Assembly (NCBI GenBank): GCA_015063795.1
Contig: SVTL01000007.1
Span: forward strand, 12,600 to 76,599
DNA length: 64,000 nucleotides
Reading direction: 5' to 3'
Origin: Oscillospiraceae bacterium
GTDB lineage: Bacteria; Bacillota; Clostridia; Oscillospirales; CAG-272
Positions 49,129 to 57,634 of the stretch are shown here, one piece after another. Position numbers and translations under genes: made by a program. Positions within the stretch are counted from its first letter, which is position 1, and the number at the start of each line of letters is the position of its first letter. The notes beneath the pieces are model-generated. The model was given only the letters and a program-made list of their open reading frames with translations. It did no database searches and was not told the origin of the DNA.

Positions 49129-50199
49129 TTACAGATAATAAGGCAGCTGCTCGTCGAACGTTTCGCCGTTGTTGCGGTAGTAGGCAATGACGTGGCGGAT
49201 GGCCTCGTGGGCCTTGGCGAGGGCGGCGGCGTCGGAGTTGAAGCCCTGATGAGGCTGAACGTACACATTGCCGGTTCTCTCAACGGCCATCTTCATCAGC
49301 TCATAGGCGGCCGCTTCGTTTTCATTGGCAGGCTGACCGCTCTTGACACAGGCGGCAAAGGAGGCTTCATCGGAGAAAACGTCAACGCCGATGCCGAGGA
49401 TCTTGCCCTCCTTGTACAGCTTGAGCAGCGTCAGCTCGGGAGCGATGTCGCCGCGGGTGACGTTGACGAACACAAGAGGCTTCTTGAACGAGCGCAGGTA
49501 TTCCTCGGAGAAATAGCCCACGTTGTAGAAACGGCTCTCGGGAATGCGTGTCAGGTTCATGACGTTGATGACGATGTCGGTGTTTTCGGCGGCCTCCTCC
49601 TTGGAGACAAACTTGACCGTGTCGCCGTATTCCTTCTTCAGCTCCTCGGCGCGGACGTCCACCGCCTGCACGGTCAGACCGTTGGCAACGCAGAGCTCAT
49701 AGGTGCGCTTGCCGATGCGGCCGACGCCGTAGACAGTCGCCACGCGGCTCTCATTCAGCTCGATGAAGGAGGGGAGATTGTTGCGGTCAAAGGTGGTGGT
49801 GTTGAGGGTGTATTTGTTCAGATAGCCGCAGCAGTCGTACATCATTTTGATGGCGGTCTGTGCAACGGCGTTCACGCAGTATTCGCGCAGGGAGGTGATG
49901 TTGGCGATTTTTTGCAGATGCTCCAGATGGTCATAGCCGGCCGAACGGGTGACGATGCTCTTCTTCTTGCCGGAGTTGATGTACTCAGCGGGGGGGACCG
50001 AATGGGTCTTGGTGGTGATGATGTCGGGCAGGACGGTGTCGGGGTGGGCAGCCAGATAGGTCTGCAGGTTTTCGCCCGTGATCAGGTAGTTGTACTGAGC
50101 GGGGAGAAGTCCCTCGGCCTGCGCCTTTTGGATCTCTTCCTCGATGTGACCGGCCTCGGCGCCCAGGGCTTCAAAATTCATAAGATCGTAGTTGCTCAT
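49129..50199 (-). CDS. D-isomer-specific 2-hydroxyacid dehydrogenase (D-LDH-like)
   Basis: TRSAGYDH, YGVGRIG, VNVTRG, DVFSDE, QPHQGF. Confidence 0.85.
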   Translation of the reverse strand: MSNYDLMNFEALGAEAGHIEEEIQKAQAEGLLPAQYNYLITGENLQTYLAAHPDTVLPDIITTKTHSVPPAEYINSGKKKSIVTRSAGYDHLEHLQKIANITSLREYCVNAVAQTAIKMMYDCCGYLNKYTLNTTTFDRNNLPSFIELNESRVATVYGVGRIGKRTYELCVANGLTVQAVDVRAEELKKEYGDTVKFVSKEEAAENTDIVINVMNLTRIPESRFYNVGYFSEEYLRSFKKPLVFVNVTRGDIAPELTLLKLYKEGKILGIGVDVFSDEASFAACVKSGQPANENEAAAYELMKMAVERTGNVYVQPHQGFNSDAAALAKAHEAIRHVIAYYRNNGETFDEQLPYYL

Positions 50200-50279
50200 A
50201 TCGATGCCTCTTTTTTAAATTTTTGATAATCATTTGTTTTATCATATCACAGAGGCGATTTTTTGTCAAGAAAAACGGC

Positions 50280-50771
50280 TTATTTTGCTTCCTTGACAAA
50301 CAGATACAGGCAGAGAAGGAAGAGGGACAGATTATCGGCGGTGTGCAGAAGCAGATAGATGCCGGCGATCCAGAGAAAGAAAAGGCAGAGATAGCCGATG
50401 CGCGAGCAAATGGTTTTGACCGCGAAGGGCGGATGCTTTTGCAGAAGACGGTTTTCAAGCAGACGTCCGCCGTCGAGAGAGGGGATGGGCAGAGCGTTGA
50501 GCAGGGCCAGCGCCAGATTGGAATCGGCAAACAAACGCCATGAGTCCTGCTCGGCAAAGGGAAGCGCGAGACAAAAGAGCAGGGCATTGACGGCGATGCC
50601 GGCGATCAGGCAAAGGCTTTCTCGGCGGTAGGAGAGGGAAGGACCGTAGACAATGTCAAAGCCGGCGGGGGTGATGCGGATGCTTTTGAAGGGAACGCCG
50701 AGCAAAAGCATGGCCGAAAGATGTCCCAATTCATGACAGATGGCGGCCAGCAGCGGAAGAAAACAGGACAA
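50280..50771 (-). CDS. Site-2 (M50) metalloprotease, SpoIVFB-like
   Basis: HELGH and NALPIPSLDGGR; TTG start after AAAGGAG. Confidence 0.8.
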   Translation of the reverse strand: MSCFLPLLAAICHELGHLSAMLLLGVPFKSIRITPAGFDIVYGPSLSYRRESLCLIAGIAVNALLFCLALPFAEQDSWRLFADSNLALALLNALPIPSLDGGRLLENRLLQKHPPFAVKTICSRIGYLCLFFLWIAGIYLLLHTADNLSLFLLCLYLFVKEAK

Positions 50772-50797
50772 AAGGTGCGCTCCTTTCCAAGAACTTC

Positions 50798-50826
50798 TTG
50801 ACAAAAGGGAAACGATCCCGTATAAT
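50798..50826 (+). promoter_or_regulatory. Consensus sigma-A promoter of the aspartate kinase gene
   Basis: TTGACA-17 nt-TATAAT. Confidence 0.8.
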
Positions 50827-50863
50827 ATAAAGTAATACTTATTATAAAGGGGTATTTTTAACC

Positions 50864-52186
50864 GTGAACAATCAAGTGATCAAAGTAGTCAAATTCGGAG
50901 GCAGCTCTCTGGCCGATGCCGGCCAATTTCAGAAGGTTGCCGACATCATAAAGCGCGACGAAGCCCGCAAGTTTGTCGTTCCCTCCGCGCCCGGCAAGCG
51001 TTTTTCGGGCGATACCAAGGTGACCGACATGCTCTACGGCTGCTACGGCATTGCCGAAATGGGCGGCGAGTTTTTGTCCATGTTTGAGCAGATCAAGGAA
51101 AGATACCGTGAGATCATATGCGGTCTTTCTCTGGACTATTCGTTGGAGGATGAGTTTGACACCATCCAGACCAATTTTATCGAAAAGGCCGGACGAGACT
51201 ATGCCGCCAGCCGCGGTGAGTATCTGAACGGTCTGATCCTTGCGCGCTATCTGGGCTATGACTTCATCGATCCGGCCAAGGTGATCGTGTTCGATGAAAA
51301 CGGGCGCTTCAATCCTGAAAAAACCAATGAGATTCTGTCGAAAGAGCTGAAAAAGCACGAAACGGCGGTTGTCCCCGGCTTTTTCGGCGCAACCGAATCG
51401 GGACGTGTGGTCACCTTCTCCCGCGGCGGCTCCGACATCACCGGCTCGATCGTGGCCCGTGCGGCCGAGGCGACCATTTACGAGAACTGGACCGACGTGT
51501 CCGGCTTCCTGATGGCTGACCCCCGTGTGGTGGAGAACCCCAAGCCCATCAAGACCATCACCTACCGTGAGCTCCGCGAGCTTTCGTATATGGGCGCCAC
51601 CGTTCTGCATGAGGATGCGATTTTCCCTGTGCGCATCGCAGGCATCCCGATCAACATCCGCAACACCAACGCGCCCGAGGATGCGGGGACGATGATCGTT
51701 CCCTTTGCCGAAGCCGAAAGCGGCAGCATCATCACCGGCATTGCGGGACGCAAGGGCTTCTGTGTCATCGCCATCGAAAAGGAAATGATGAACGCTGAAC
51801 TGGGCTTCGGCAGACGTGTGCTGCAGGTCCTGGAGGACAACGGACTCTCCTTTGAGCACCTGCCCAGCGGTGTCGATACCATGTGCGTGGTGGTCAACGG
51901 CAAGGAGCTGGAGGGCAAGAAGGATCAGGTCGTCAACGGGATCTGCCGTGCCGTTGAGCCCGAGAGCATTGCGATCCATGAAGGCGTGGCTCTGCTGGCC
52001 GTGGTCGGACGCGGTATGCGAAACGCCAAGGGTACGGCGGCAAAGATCTTCCGTGCCATCACCGATGCTTCGGTTAACATCCGCATGATCGACCAGGGCT
52101 CCAGCGAGCTGAACATCATTATTGGTGTCCAAGAGGAGGATTTTGAAAAGGCGCAGCGCGCCATTTACGCGGCCTTTGTCAAATAA
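50864..52186 (+). CDS. lysC: Aspartate kinase
   Basis: VVKFGGSSLA, TFSRGGSDITG, WTDVSG, two ACT domains. Confidence 0.92.
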   Translation: MNNQVIKVVKFGGSSLADAGQFQKVADIIKRDEARKFVVPSAPGKRFSGDTKVTDMLYGCYGIAEMGGEFLSMFEQIKERYREIICGLSLDYSLEDEFDTIQTNFIEKAGRDYAASRGEYLNGLILARYLGYDFIDPAKVIVFDENGRFNPEKTNEILSKELKKHETAVVPGFFGATESGRVVTFSRGGSDITGSIVARAAEATIYENWTDVSGFLMADPRVVENPKPIKTITYRELRELSYMGATVLHEDAIFPVRIAGIPINIRNTNAPEDAGTMIVPFAEAESGSIITGIAGRKGFCVIAIEKEMMNAELGFGRRVLQVLEDNGLSFEHLPSGVDTMCVVVNGKELEGKKDQVVNGICRAVEPESIAIHEGVALLAVVGRGMRNAKGTAAKIFRAITDASVNIRMIDQGSSELNIIIGVQEEDFEKAQRAIYAAFVK

Positions 52187-52223
52187 ATATTCTTTCCAAC
52201 TTTATAATAACAAGGAGGTTCCC

Positions 52224-53474
52224 ATGAAAAAGTTTCTGTGCATCACCCTTGTTCTTCTCCTGATCGGCAGTGTTCTGCCGGTAAGCGCCTTGTCGCCCGA
52301 TCCTGTTTGGAACGGACGCATGGCCACATCCTTCGATGGCGGAAGCGGCACGGCGGATGATCCGTACCGCATTGCCAACGGCGCCCAGCTGGCCTATCTG
52401 TCTGCGCTTGTGTCGGGCGGCGACCGCTGCGTCGGTCTCTTCTTTGAATTGACAGCCGATGTGTATCTCAATGATGTGAGTCATGTTTCTTCTTGGGCGA
52501 CAACAGCCCCTGCCAATGTCTTTCCTGCCATCGGCGGAGAGAAAAACATTCCCTTCGGCGGTCATGTCAACGGCAACGGACACGCGATCTACGGTCTGTA
52601 CCAGAGCGGATCGGCTCTCGGCAAGGGACTGTTCTTCAACCTGGCCGGTACGGTGCGTGAGCTTGCCCTTAAGAAGATGTATGTGGCCTCGTCGGCAAGC
52701 GATTTTGCAACGGGCGGCATTGCGGCCTTCACTTCGGCAGGCGCTGTGATCGAGGAGTGCATGGTTGAGGGAACCTTTTATGCGGGCGGGACGCTGGGCG
52801 GTCTTGCCGGCATTGTGTCCGGCGGAGCTGTGATCCGCAACTGCTATGCCAATGTTTCGCTGATGAGCGGCAGAACGGCGGGCGGTCTTGCGGGCGAAAA
52901 CAACGGCTCGCTGAGCAAGAGCTATATGAACGGGCTGGTGTATACCATCGACGGCAGTGTGCGTGCAGGTGCGCCTCTGGCCGCTGTCGGAAGCGGAAGC
53001 ATCAGCGAGTGTTATTACATCGACAGTTGGGAAAAGAAGGAGGTCTGGACGCCTCCGTTTATGAGCGATGGTCCGCAGCTCCGTGAAGAGGCATCGTACA
53101 ACAGCGCGGCCTCTCTCTCGGCGGGCGGCCTTGCGCTGACGGCCGAGCAGATGAAGACAGCCGAAAGCTTTGTCGGCTTTGATTTTGAAGCCGTCTGGAC
53201 CATGGAGGGCGAGACATCGTATCGTTATCCTCAGCTGATCTGTCATCAACCCTTGAAGGGCGATGCCAATCTGGACGATGAGTTGAATGTACTGGATCTT
53301 CTGCAGATCAAGGTGTATGAGAAAGAGCAGACAGCTTTGACCGGCCGTGTCTCATCGGCGCTGAATTACGGTGTGGGCAAAGGCCTTGCCGATGCGCTGA
53401 ATGCCGTGATGGCTGTGATCCTCGGCGAAAACTACGGCGAGGTCTGGACGCCGCCCTTTATGAGCGAGAGATAA
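52224..53474 (+). CDS. Secreted GLUG-type beta-helix protein with a dockerin-like C-terminal segment
   Basis: Signal peptide; GGSGTADDPYRI, GNGHAIYGL, GGLAG repeats, GFDFEAVW, KGDANLDDELNVLD. Confidence 0.7.
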   Translation: MKKFLCITLVLLLIGSVLPVSALSPDPVWNGRMATSFDGGSGTADDPYRIANGAQLAYLSALVSGGDRCVGLFFELTADVYLNDVSHVSSWATTAPANVFPAIGGEKNIPFGGHVNGNGHAIYGLYQSGSALGKGLFFNLAGTVRELALKKMYVASSASDFATGGIAAFTSAGAVIEECMVEGTFYAGGTLGGLAGIVSGGAVIRNCYANVSLMSGRTAGGLAGENNGSLSKSYMNGLVYTIDGSVRAGAPLAAVGSGSISECYYIDSWEKKEVWTPPFMSDGPQLREEASYNSAASLSAGGLALTAEQMKTAESFVGFDFEAVWTMEGETSYRYPQLICHQPLKGDANLDDELNVLDLLQIKVYEKEQTALTGRVSSALNYGVGKGLADALNAVMAVILGENYGEVWTPPFMSER

Positions 53475-53555
53475 AAGCGTCCGCGCTGCAGGGAATCCTC
53501 TTGAACATAGCCCTGCTTTTTCAGAGCAGGCGATTGACCTCAAACACAAACAAGA

Positions 53556-53598
53556 AAAAAGCTTCCGTTTCCTTGAAGGTGCGGAAGCTTTCTTTTTT
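53556..53598. terminator. Bidirectional terminator
   Basis: AAAGCTTCCG ... CGGAAGCTTT with A and T flanks. Confidence 0.65.
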
Positions 53599-53637
53599 TC
53601 CCTTTTTTGGATGATTTGGTGCTGTTTTTCGGACGAT

Positions 53638-54600
53638 TCATGCTTTTTGGTAGCCGATGCCGGTGGAAACGATCTCGCCGCTTTCGGTGATGAAGATCGC
53701 TTCGAAGTCGGGGTGCTCGTTGTGAAAGGCAAGAGCCTCGTCAAGCCCCATCACGAGAAGGGCGGTGGACAGCGCATCGCCTCTCAGCCCGTCTTCGCAG
53801 ATGACGGTGACCGATGCCAGCCCGTTGTCAACGGGGCGCCCGGTGGAAGGATCGATCACATGGCAGTACTTTTTGCCGTCCTGCTCAAAGTAACGCTGGT
53901 AGGTGCCGGAGGTGATCACGTTGGTGTCTCTCACCGACAGGTAGCACGCATAGGACTGGCGGTCGGTGGGATCGAGGATGGCAACCGTCCAATCGCCGCC
54001 GTCGGGATGAGAGCCGATGGCCGTCACGTTGCCGCCCAGCGAGACGATCGCCGATGAGATCCCCTCCTCCTTCAGAAGAGCACGCAGGCGGTCGGAGATG
54101 TACCCCTTGGCCACAGCCCCGATGTCGAGCTGCACGCCGCTGTTTGTACAGACGGCGTTTCCCTGAACGGTCAGTTTGTCGTATCCGCTGTCAGCAAGAG
54201 CGGACGTGAGCTCATCGGCCGAGGGAATACGGTATTGCTTTTGCGGAAAGCCCCAAAGGTCGATCACACGCCCCAAGCCGATGTCAACACATCCGCCCGT
54301 TTCGCGGCAAAGGGCCAGCGAGCGGGAGAGCATCTCGGCGGTGCGGCTGTCAACGGCCGTTTCTTTTCCTTCCGAGGCATTGATGCGGGAGATATCGCTG
54401 TCTTCCGTCCGTCCGAAGAGCGTGTCGCAGAGACGGATCTCCTCCGTAACAGCCTCCGCCGCTTTGCCGTCATCGCCGTAGGTGGTGACCGATATGACCG
54501 TATCCAAGGCAAAGAAGCTGAGCTCGTGTTTGTTTTCATGGCAAGAGACAAGCAGTGGCAGAAGAATCAGCGGAATGAGCAGAAGCAGACGCCGTTTCAA
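53638..54600 (-). CDS. apbE: FAD:protein FMN transferase (ApbE) lipoprotein
   Basis: Lipobox LVSC; LDIGAVAKGY, TSGTYQRYF, HVIDPSTG, DALSTAL. Confidence 0.92.
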   Translation of the reverse strand: MKRRLLLLIPLILLPLLVSCHENKHELSFFALDTVISVTTYGDDGKAAEAVTEEIRLCDTLFGRTEDSDISRINASEGKETAVDSRTAEMLSRSLALCRETGGCVDIGLGRVIDLWGFPQKQYRIPSADELTSALADSGYDKLTVQGNAVCTNSGVQLDIGAVAKGYISDRLRALLKEEGISSAIVSLGGNVTAIGSHPDGGDWTVAILDPTDRQSYACYLSVRDTNVITSGTYQRYFEQDGKKYCHVIDPSTGRPVDNGLASVTVICEDGLRGDALSTALLVMGLDEALAFHNEHPDFEAIFITESGEIVSTGIGYQKA

Positions 54601-55457
54601 GAGCGTTTCCCCCGGTTCGGTTCGATGCGGCTCAAAAGAGAAGAGATCTCCTGCTCAAAGGCAACGCCGTAACGGGTATCGTCGCCGTAAGCGTGGGTGC
54701 GGGAGAGAGAAGCGACGGTGAAATCGGTGGCGATCTCAGCCGAATCCTTTAAGGGGATGTCGTTGAGCAGAGCGGCCAGAAGGGAGGAGGCAAACACATC
54801 GCCGGTCCCGTGGTAGTAGCCCTCAACGGTCTTGCGCATGATGAAGTCGGTCTTGCCGCTCTTGCGGTCGAGGCAGGCACAGCCCACCGACTCTTTGTCA
54901 AAGGAGACTCCGGTCATCACGATGTCCGCCTTCGTTTCCCCTGCCAGCTTCTGCAGGATCGAATCGATGTAGTCCTGCTCGAAGGGGGGCTCGCGGTAGG
55001 GCTCGCCCAGCATCATGCAGGCCTCGGTCACGTTGGGGACGATGCCGTGAGCCTTTCGGCAGAGCGAGAGCATTTTTTTCGCAAACGGATCGCTGAAGCC
55101 GGTGTAATACCGACCGCAGTCGCCCATCACGGGATCAACAAAGAGATACCCGGGATAGTCGCGCATCACCTGTTCCACGATCTCCACCTGGTCGGCCGAG
55201 CCCAGATACCCGGAATAGACCGCGTCAAAGGAGAGCGAGAGCGTCTCCCAGTGGGCGAGGACACGCTTCATCTCCTCGGTCAGATCGAGAAAGGTGAAGC
55301 CGGTAAAGCCGCCGGTGTGGGTGGAGAGCAGGGAGGTGGGCAGAAGCGCGGTATGGATGCCGGCAGCGGACAGCACAGGCAGGGCAACGGTCAAGGAACA
55401 GCGGCCGATGCAGGAGATGTCGTTGACAGCGATGATTTGTTTCTGATTGACAGACAT
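54597..55457 (-). CDS. pdxK: Pyridoxal/pyridoxamine kinase
   Basis: NDISCIGRCSL, YSGYLGS, VDPVMGD, PNVTEA, GTGDVFAS. Confidence 0.88.
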   Translation of the reverse strand: MSVNQKQIIAVNDISCIGRCSLTVALPVLSAAGIHTALLPTSLLSTHTGGFTGFTFLDLTEEMKRVLAHWETLSLSFDAVYSGYLGSADQVEIVEQVMRDYPGYLFVDPVMGDCGRYYTGFSDPFAKKMLSLCRKAHGIVPNVTEACMMLGEPYREPPFEQDYIDSILQKLAGETKADIVMTGVSFDKESVGCACLDRKSGKTDFIMRKTVEGYYHGTGDVFASSLLAALLNDIPLKDSAEIATDFTVASLSRTHAYGDDTRYGVAFEQEISSLLSRIEPNRGKRS

Positions 55458-55624
55458 GGGAACCTTCCTTTGTATCAAACGTAAAAAACACGGTGGTTTC
55501 TATCATCATACCACATTTGAAAACGGAATACAAGAAGAAAAGCAAAAATAAGACGTCCATCTTGACAAAACCTCGTCTTCGGTGGTATCATAAAAGGGAA
55601 GAATACAAAAGGACGGTGGAACCG

Positions 55625-56392
55625 ATGCATGTTGAACTGATTGCCCATACCCCCGATGCCGATAAGATCGTTGCGGCGGCGGCCAAGCTCTGTTATTCCA
55701 AAAGCGAGATCCAGACGCTTCTGGACAACCTGACGCCCGAAAAGACCGAGCGTTTTTTGGATATGCTGGTGGAGAGGGGACATGAGAGCCCGGTGGAGCA
55801 CGCCACGTTTACCTTCGGGATCGAGGGCGTTTCCCGTGCACTTCTGGCGCAGATCACCAGGCACCGCATCGCTTCCTTCTCGGTGCAGAGCCAGCGGTAC
55901 AACGAGGAATCCTCCTTTGCTTATGTCACGCCCCCCGAGTTTGAGGGCATCCCCGAGGCCAAGGCCGAGTTTGAAAGCGCCATGGAAGAGGCCGCACAGC
56001 ATTACGATTCGCTGCGGCAGCATCTTGTCCGCGCCCACACCGCCCGTCTGATCGCCGAGGGCATGAGCGAGGAGGAGGCGAGAAAGGCCGCAGGCAAGCA
56101 GGCCAATGAGGATGCCCGCTTCGTTCTGCCCAACGCCTGCTGCACGAAAATGATCATGACCATGAACGTCCGCTCGCTGTACAACTTTTTCCGCCTGCGC
56201 TGCTGCAACCGCGCGCAGTGGGAGATCCGCGAGCTGGCCAATCGGATGCTGGCCCTCTGCCGCGAGGCGGCACCCAATCTCTTCCGCTATGCCGGTCCTC
56301 CCTGCCTGAAGGGGAAGTGCCCGGAAGGGGTGTTCACCTGCGGAAAAGCGGGTGAGATCCGCCGTCAGTACGGTGTGTCGGTCAAGGATTGA
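55625..56392 (+). CDS. thyX: FAD-dependent thymidylate synthase
   Basis: GHESPVEH, RHRIASFSVQSQRY, EDARFVLP, AQWEIR. Confidence 0.96.
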   Translation: MHVELIAHTPDADKIVAAAAKLCYSKSEIQTLLDNLTPEKTERFLDMLVERGHESPVEHATFTFGIEGVSRALLAQITRHRIASFSVQSQRYNEESSFAYVTPPEFEGIPEAKAEFESAMEEAAQHYDSLRQHLVRAHTARLIAEGMSEEEARKAAGKQANEDARFVLPNACCTKMIMTMNVRSLYNFFRLRCCNRAQWEIRELANRMLALCREAAPNLFRYAGPPCLKGKCPEGVFTCGKAGEIRRQYGVSVKD

Positions 56393-56748
56393 TCGTCGCA
56401 GCGGCGGCAGCCCAAAGCAGCTGACAAACGGTAGACGCTGGTGCGGCTGATGTTCAGCTTTTCAGCCACCTCCTCCAGCGTCAGCCCGTCCAGATAACGG
56501 TATTTGAAGAATAAATGCTCACGTAATATCCTCCGCCTCAGCTGCGGGGGATATTGTTTTGTGTAAGAAAGAAAATAGTCGTTTTTGATGGCTGTCATCT
56601 CCTTCTTCAAGTCACCGATCAGGTCGAGAAGGAAGGGATCGACAGGCTTGTCCCGCAGACGCAGACGCTCAGCCTCAAGCAGCAGATCGCGCAGCTCGCG
56701 TTTGTAAACAGGATAGCTTTTGAGCCGTTCTTTCAGTTGTTTTTCCAA
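56365..56748 (-). CDS. Sigma-region-4-type HTH protein, RinA/ArpU-like phage activator by resemblance
   Basis: N-terminal KERLKSY helix; C-terminal YRYLDGLTLEEVAEKLNISRTSVYR; TTG start after AGGAAGGTG. Confidence 0.6.
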   Translation of the reverse strand: MEKQLKERLKSYPVYKRELRDLLLEAERLRLRDKPVDPFLLDLIGDLKKEMTAIKNDYFLSYTKQYPPQLRRRILREHLFFKYRYLDGLTLEEVAEKLNISRTSVYRLSAALGCRRCDDQSLTDTPY

Positions 56749-56774
56749 ATGATGTCACCTTCCTTCCCTAAATC

Positions 56775-57014
56775 TTAGTTTAGGTCTTCTCCATCGGCAT
56801 CGAAGAGCCCCGAAAAGGGAATGCCGAGCTCAACAAACAGCTCGCTCACCGAATCGACGCCGAAACGGTCGGCCAGATCGTCGAGATCCATCTTCTCCGC
56901 GCAGGCAGGGCAGATGATGTGCTCATCGATCTGGAAATAGGATGATGTGTGCGCGCCGCACTCTCCGCAGAGCGGATCAGACGGACGGCAGGGATAAAAA
57001 TCAGACAAGGGCAT
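56775..57014 (-). CDS. Small putative zinc-binding protein (CxxC...CxxC)
   Basis: CGECG...YFQIDEHIICPAC; AGGAGG SD. Confidence 0.65.
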   Translation of the reverse strand: MPLSDFYPCRPSDPLCGECGAHTSSYFQIDEHIICPACAEKMDLDDLADRFGVDSVSELFVELGIPFSGLFDADGEDLN

Positions 57015-57032
57015 AACCTCCTAACGTATGAA

Positions 57033-57044
57033 GAACATATGTTC
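57033..57044. promoter_or_regulatory. LexA (SOS/Cheo) box
   Basis: Perfect palindrome GAACATATGTTC (GAAC-N4-GTTC) between the promoter and SD of the 57014 gene. Confidence 0.8.
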
Positions 57045-57060
57045 GTTTGTTTCCGGATTC

Positions 57061-57089
57061 ATTATACCACAACGAAGAAGAAAGCGCAA
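57061..57089 (-). promoter_or_regulatory. Sigma-A promoter of the SOS-box operon
   Basis: TTGCGC-17 nt-TATAAT with extended TG. Confidence 0.7.
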
Positions 57090-57155
57090 GATGTCAATAC
57101 CATTTTTTTTATTTTACATCTACTTCGAAAAAAGTTTAAAAACGGGGAGAAAACG

Positions 57156-57239
57156 CACAAAAGATCACAAAAGATCACAAAATTGTGCAACTTGTACAGA
57201 TGTAGAAAAAAACGCCTTTATTTTGTGCAAATCGCACAA
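57156..57239. repeat. CACAA/TTGTG repeat cluster
   Basis: CACAAAAGAT x2 plus CACAAAA, TTGTGCAACTTGTACA, palindrome TTGTGC-AAATC-GCACAA. Confidence 0.7.
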
Positions 57240-57529
57240 CGAAAAAGCCCTGTTTTTACTTGTGAACAATTCGTTGCCAAAGAATGATGACATGTTCTTT
57301 GGTGAAAAAGTCGAAAACCGAAAAAGAGAAAAGTTGCAAAAAACGGCTTAAAATCGCTATTTTTCACGGTTTTTTCGCACGGTTTTTGTAAAAAAACGGA
57401 AAAGGCACAACAAACGCTGATCCCGTTTTGGCAAAAAACGGAAAGACGGAGCGCCGGAAAATGGTTTTTGCTTTCGGTTTCTTTCTCGAAATCGGCGAAA
57501 ACGGAAGATTCAATCCTTTTTGGACCTAC

Positions 57530-57558
57530 TTGACAGTTTTTTGGCTTTGTGATACTAT
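57530..57558 (+). promoter_or_regulatory. Sigma-A promoter of the carbohydrate ABC operon
   Basis: TTGACA-17 nt-TACTAT with extended TG. Confidence 0.7.
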
Positions 57559-57634
57559 ATATTAGTATGAGAAACTGGGTTTACCACCCTCTTTCTTTGC
57601 GTTCCAAAGCAAAAGTTTACTTGGAGGAAAGGTT

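Noticed and set aside
50827-50863. Lysine riboswitch upstream of aspartate kinase
   Set aside because: The leader between the consensus promoter and start codon is under 40 nt, too short.
56365-57014. Intact prophage at the thyX boundary
   Set aside because: Only two small phage-like genes are present, with no integrase, replication, structural or lysis genes; kept as an orphan module finding instead.
57156-57182. Short tandem repeat considered as a CRISPR array or iteron set
   Set aside because: The unit is 10 bp with no spacers, and there is no cas or rep gene in the window.
57028-57351. ORFs in the AT-rich intergenic region (56949-57287, 57028-57351)
   Set aside because: Low-complexity K/F-rich translations with no SD, overlapping promoter and operator elements.
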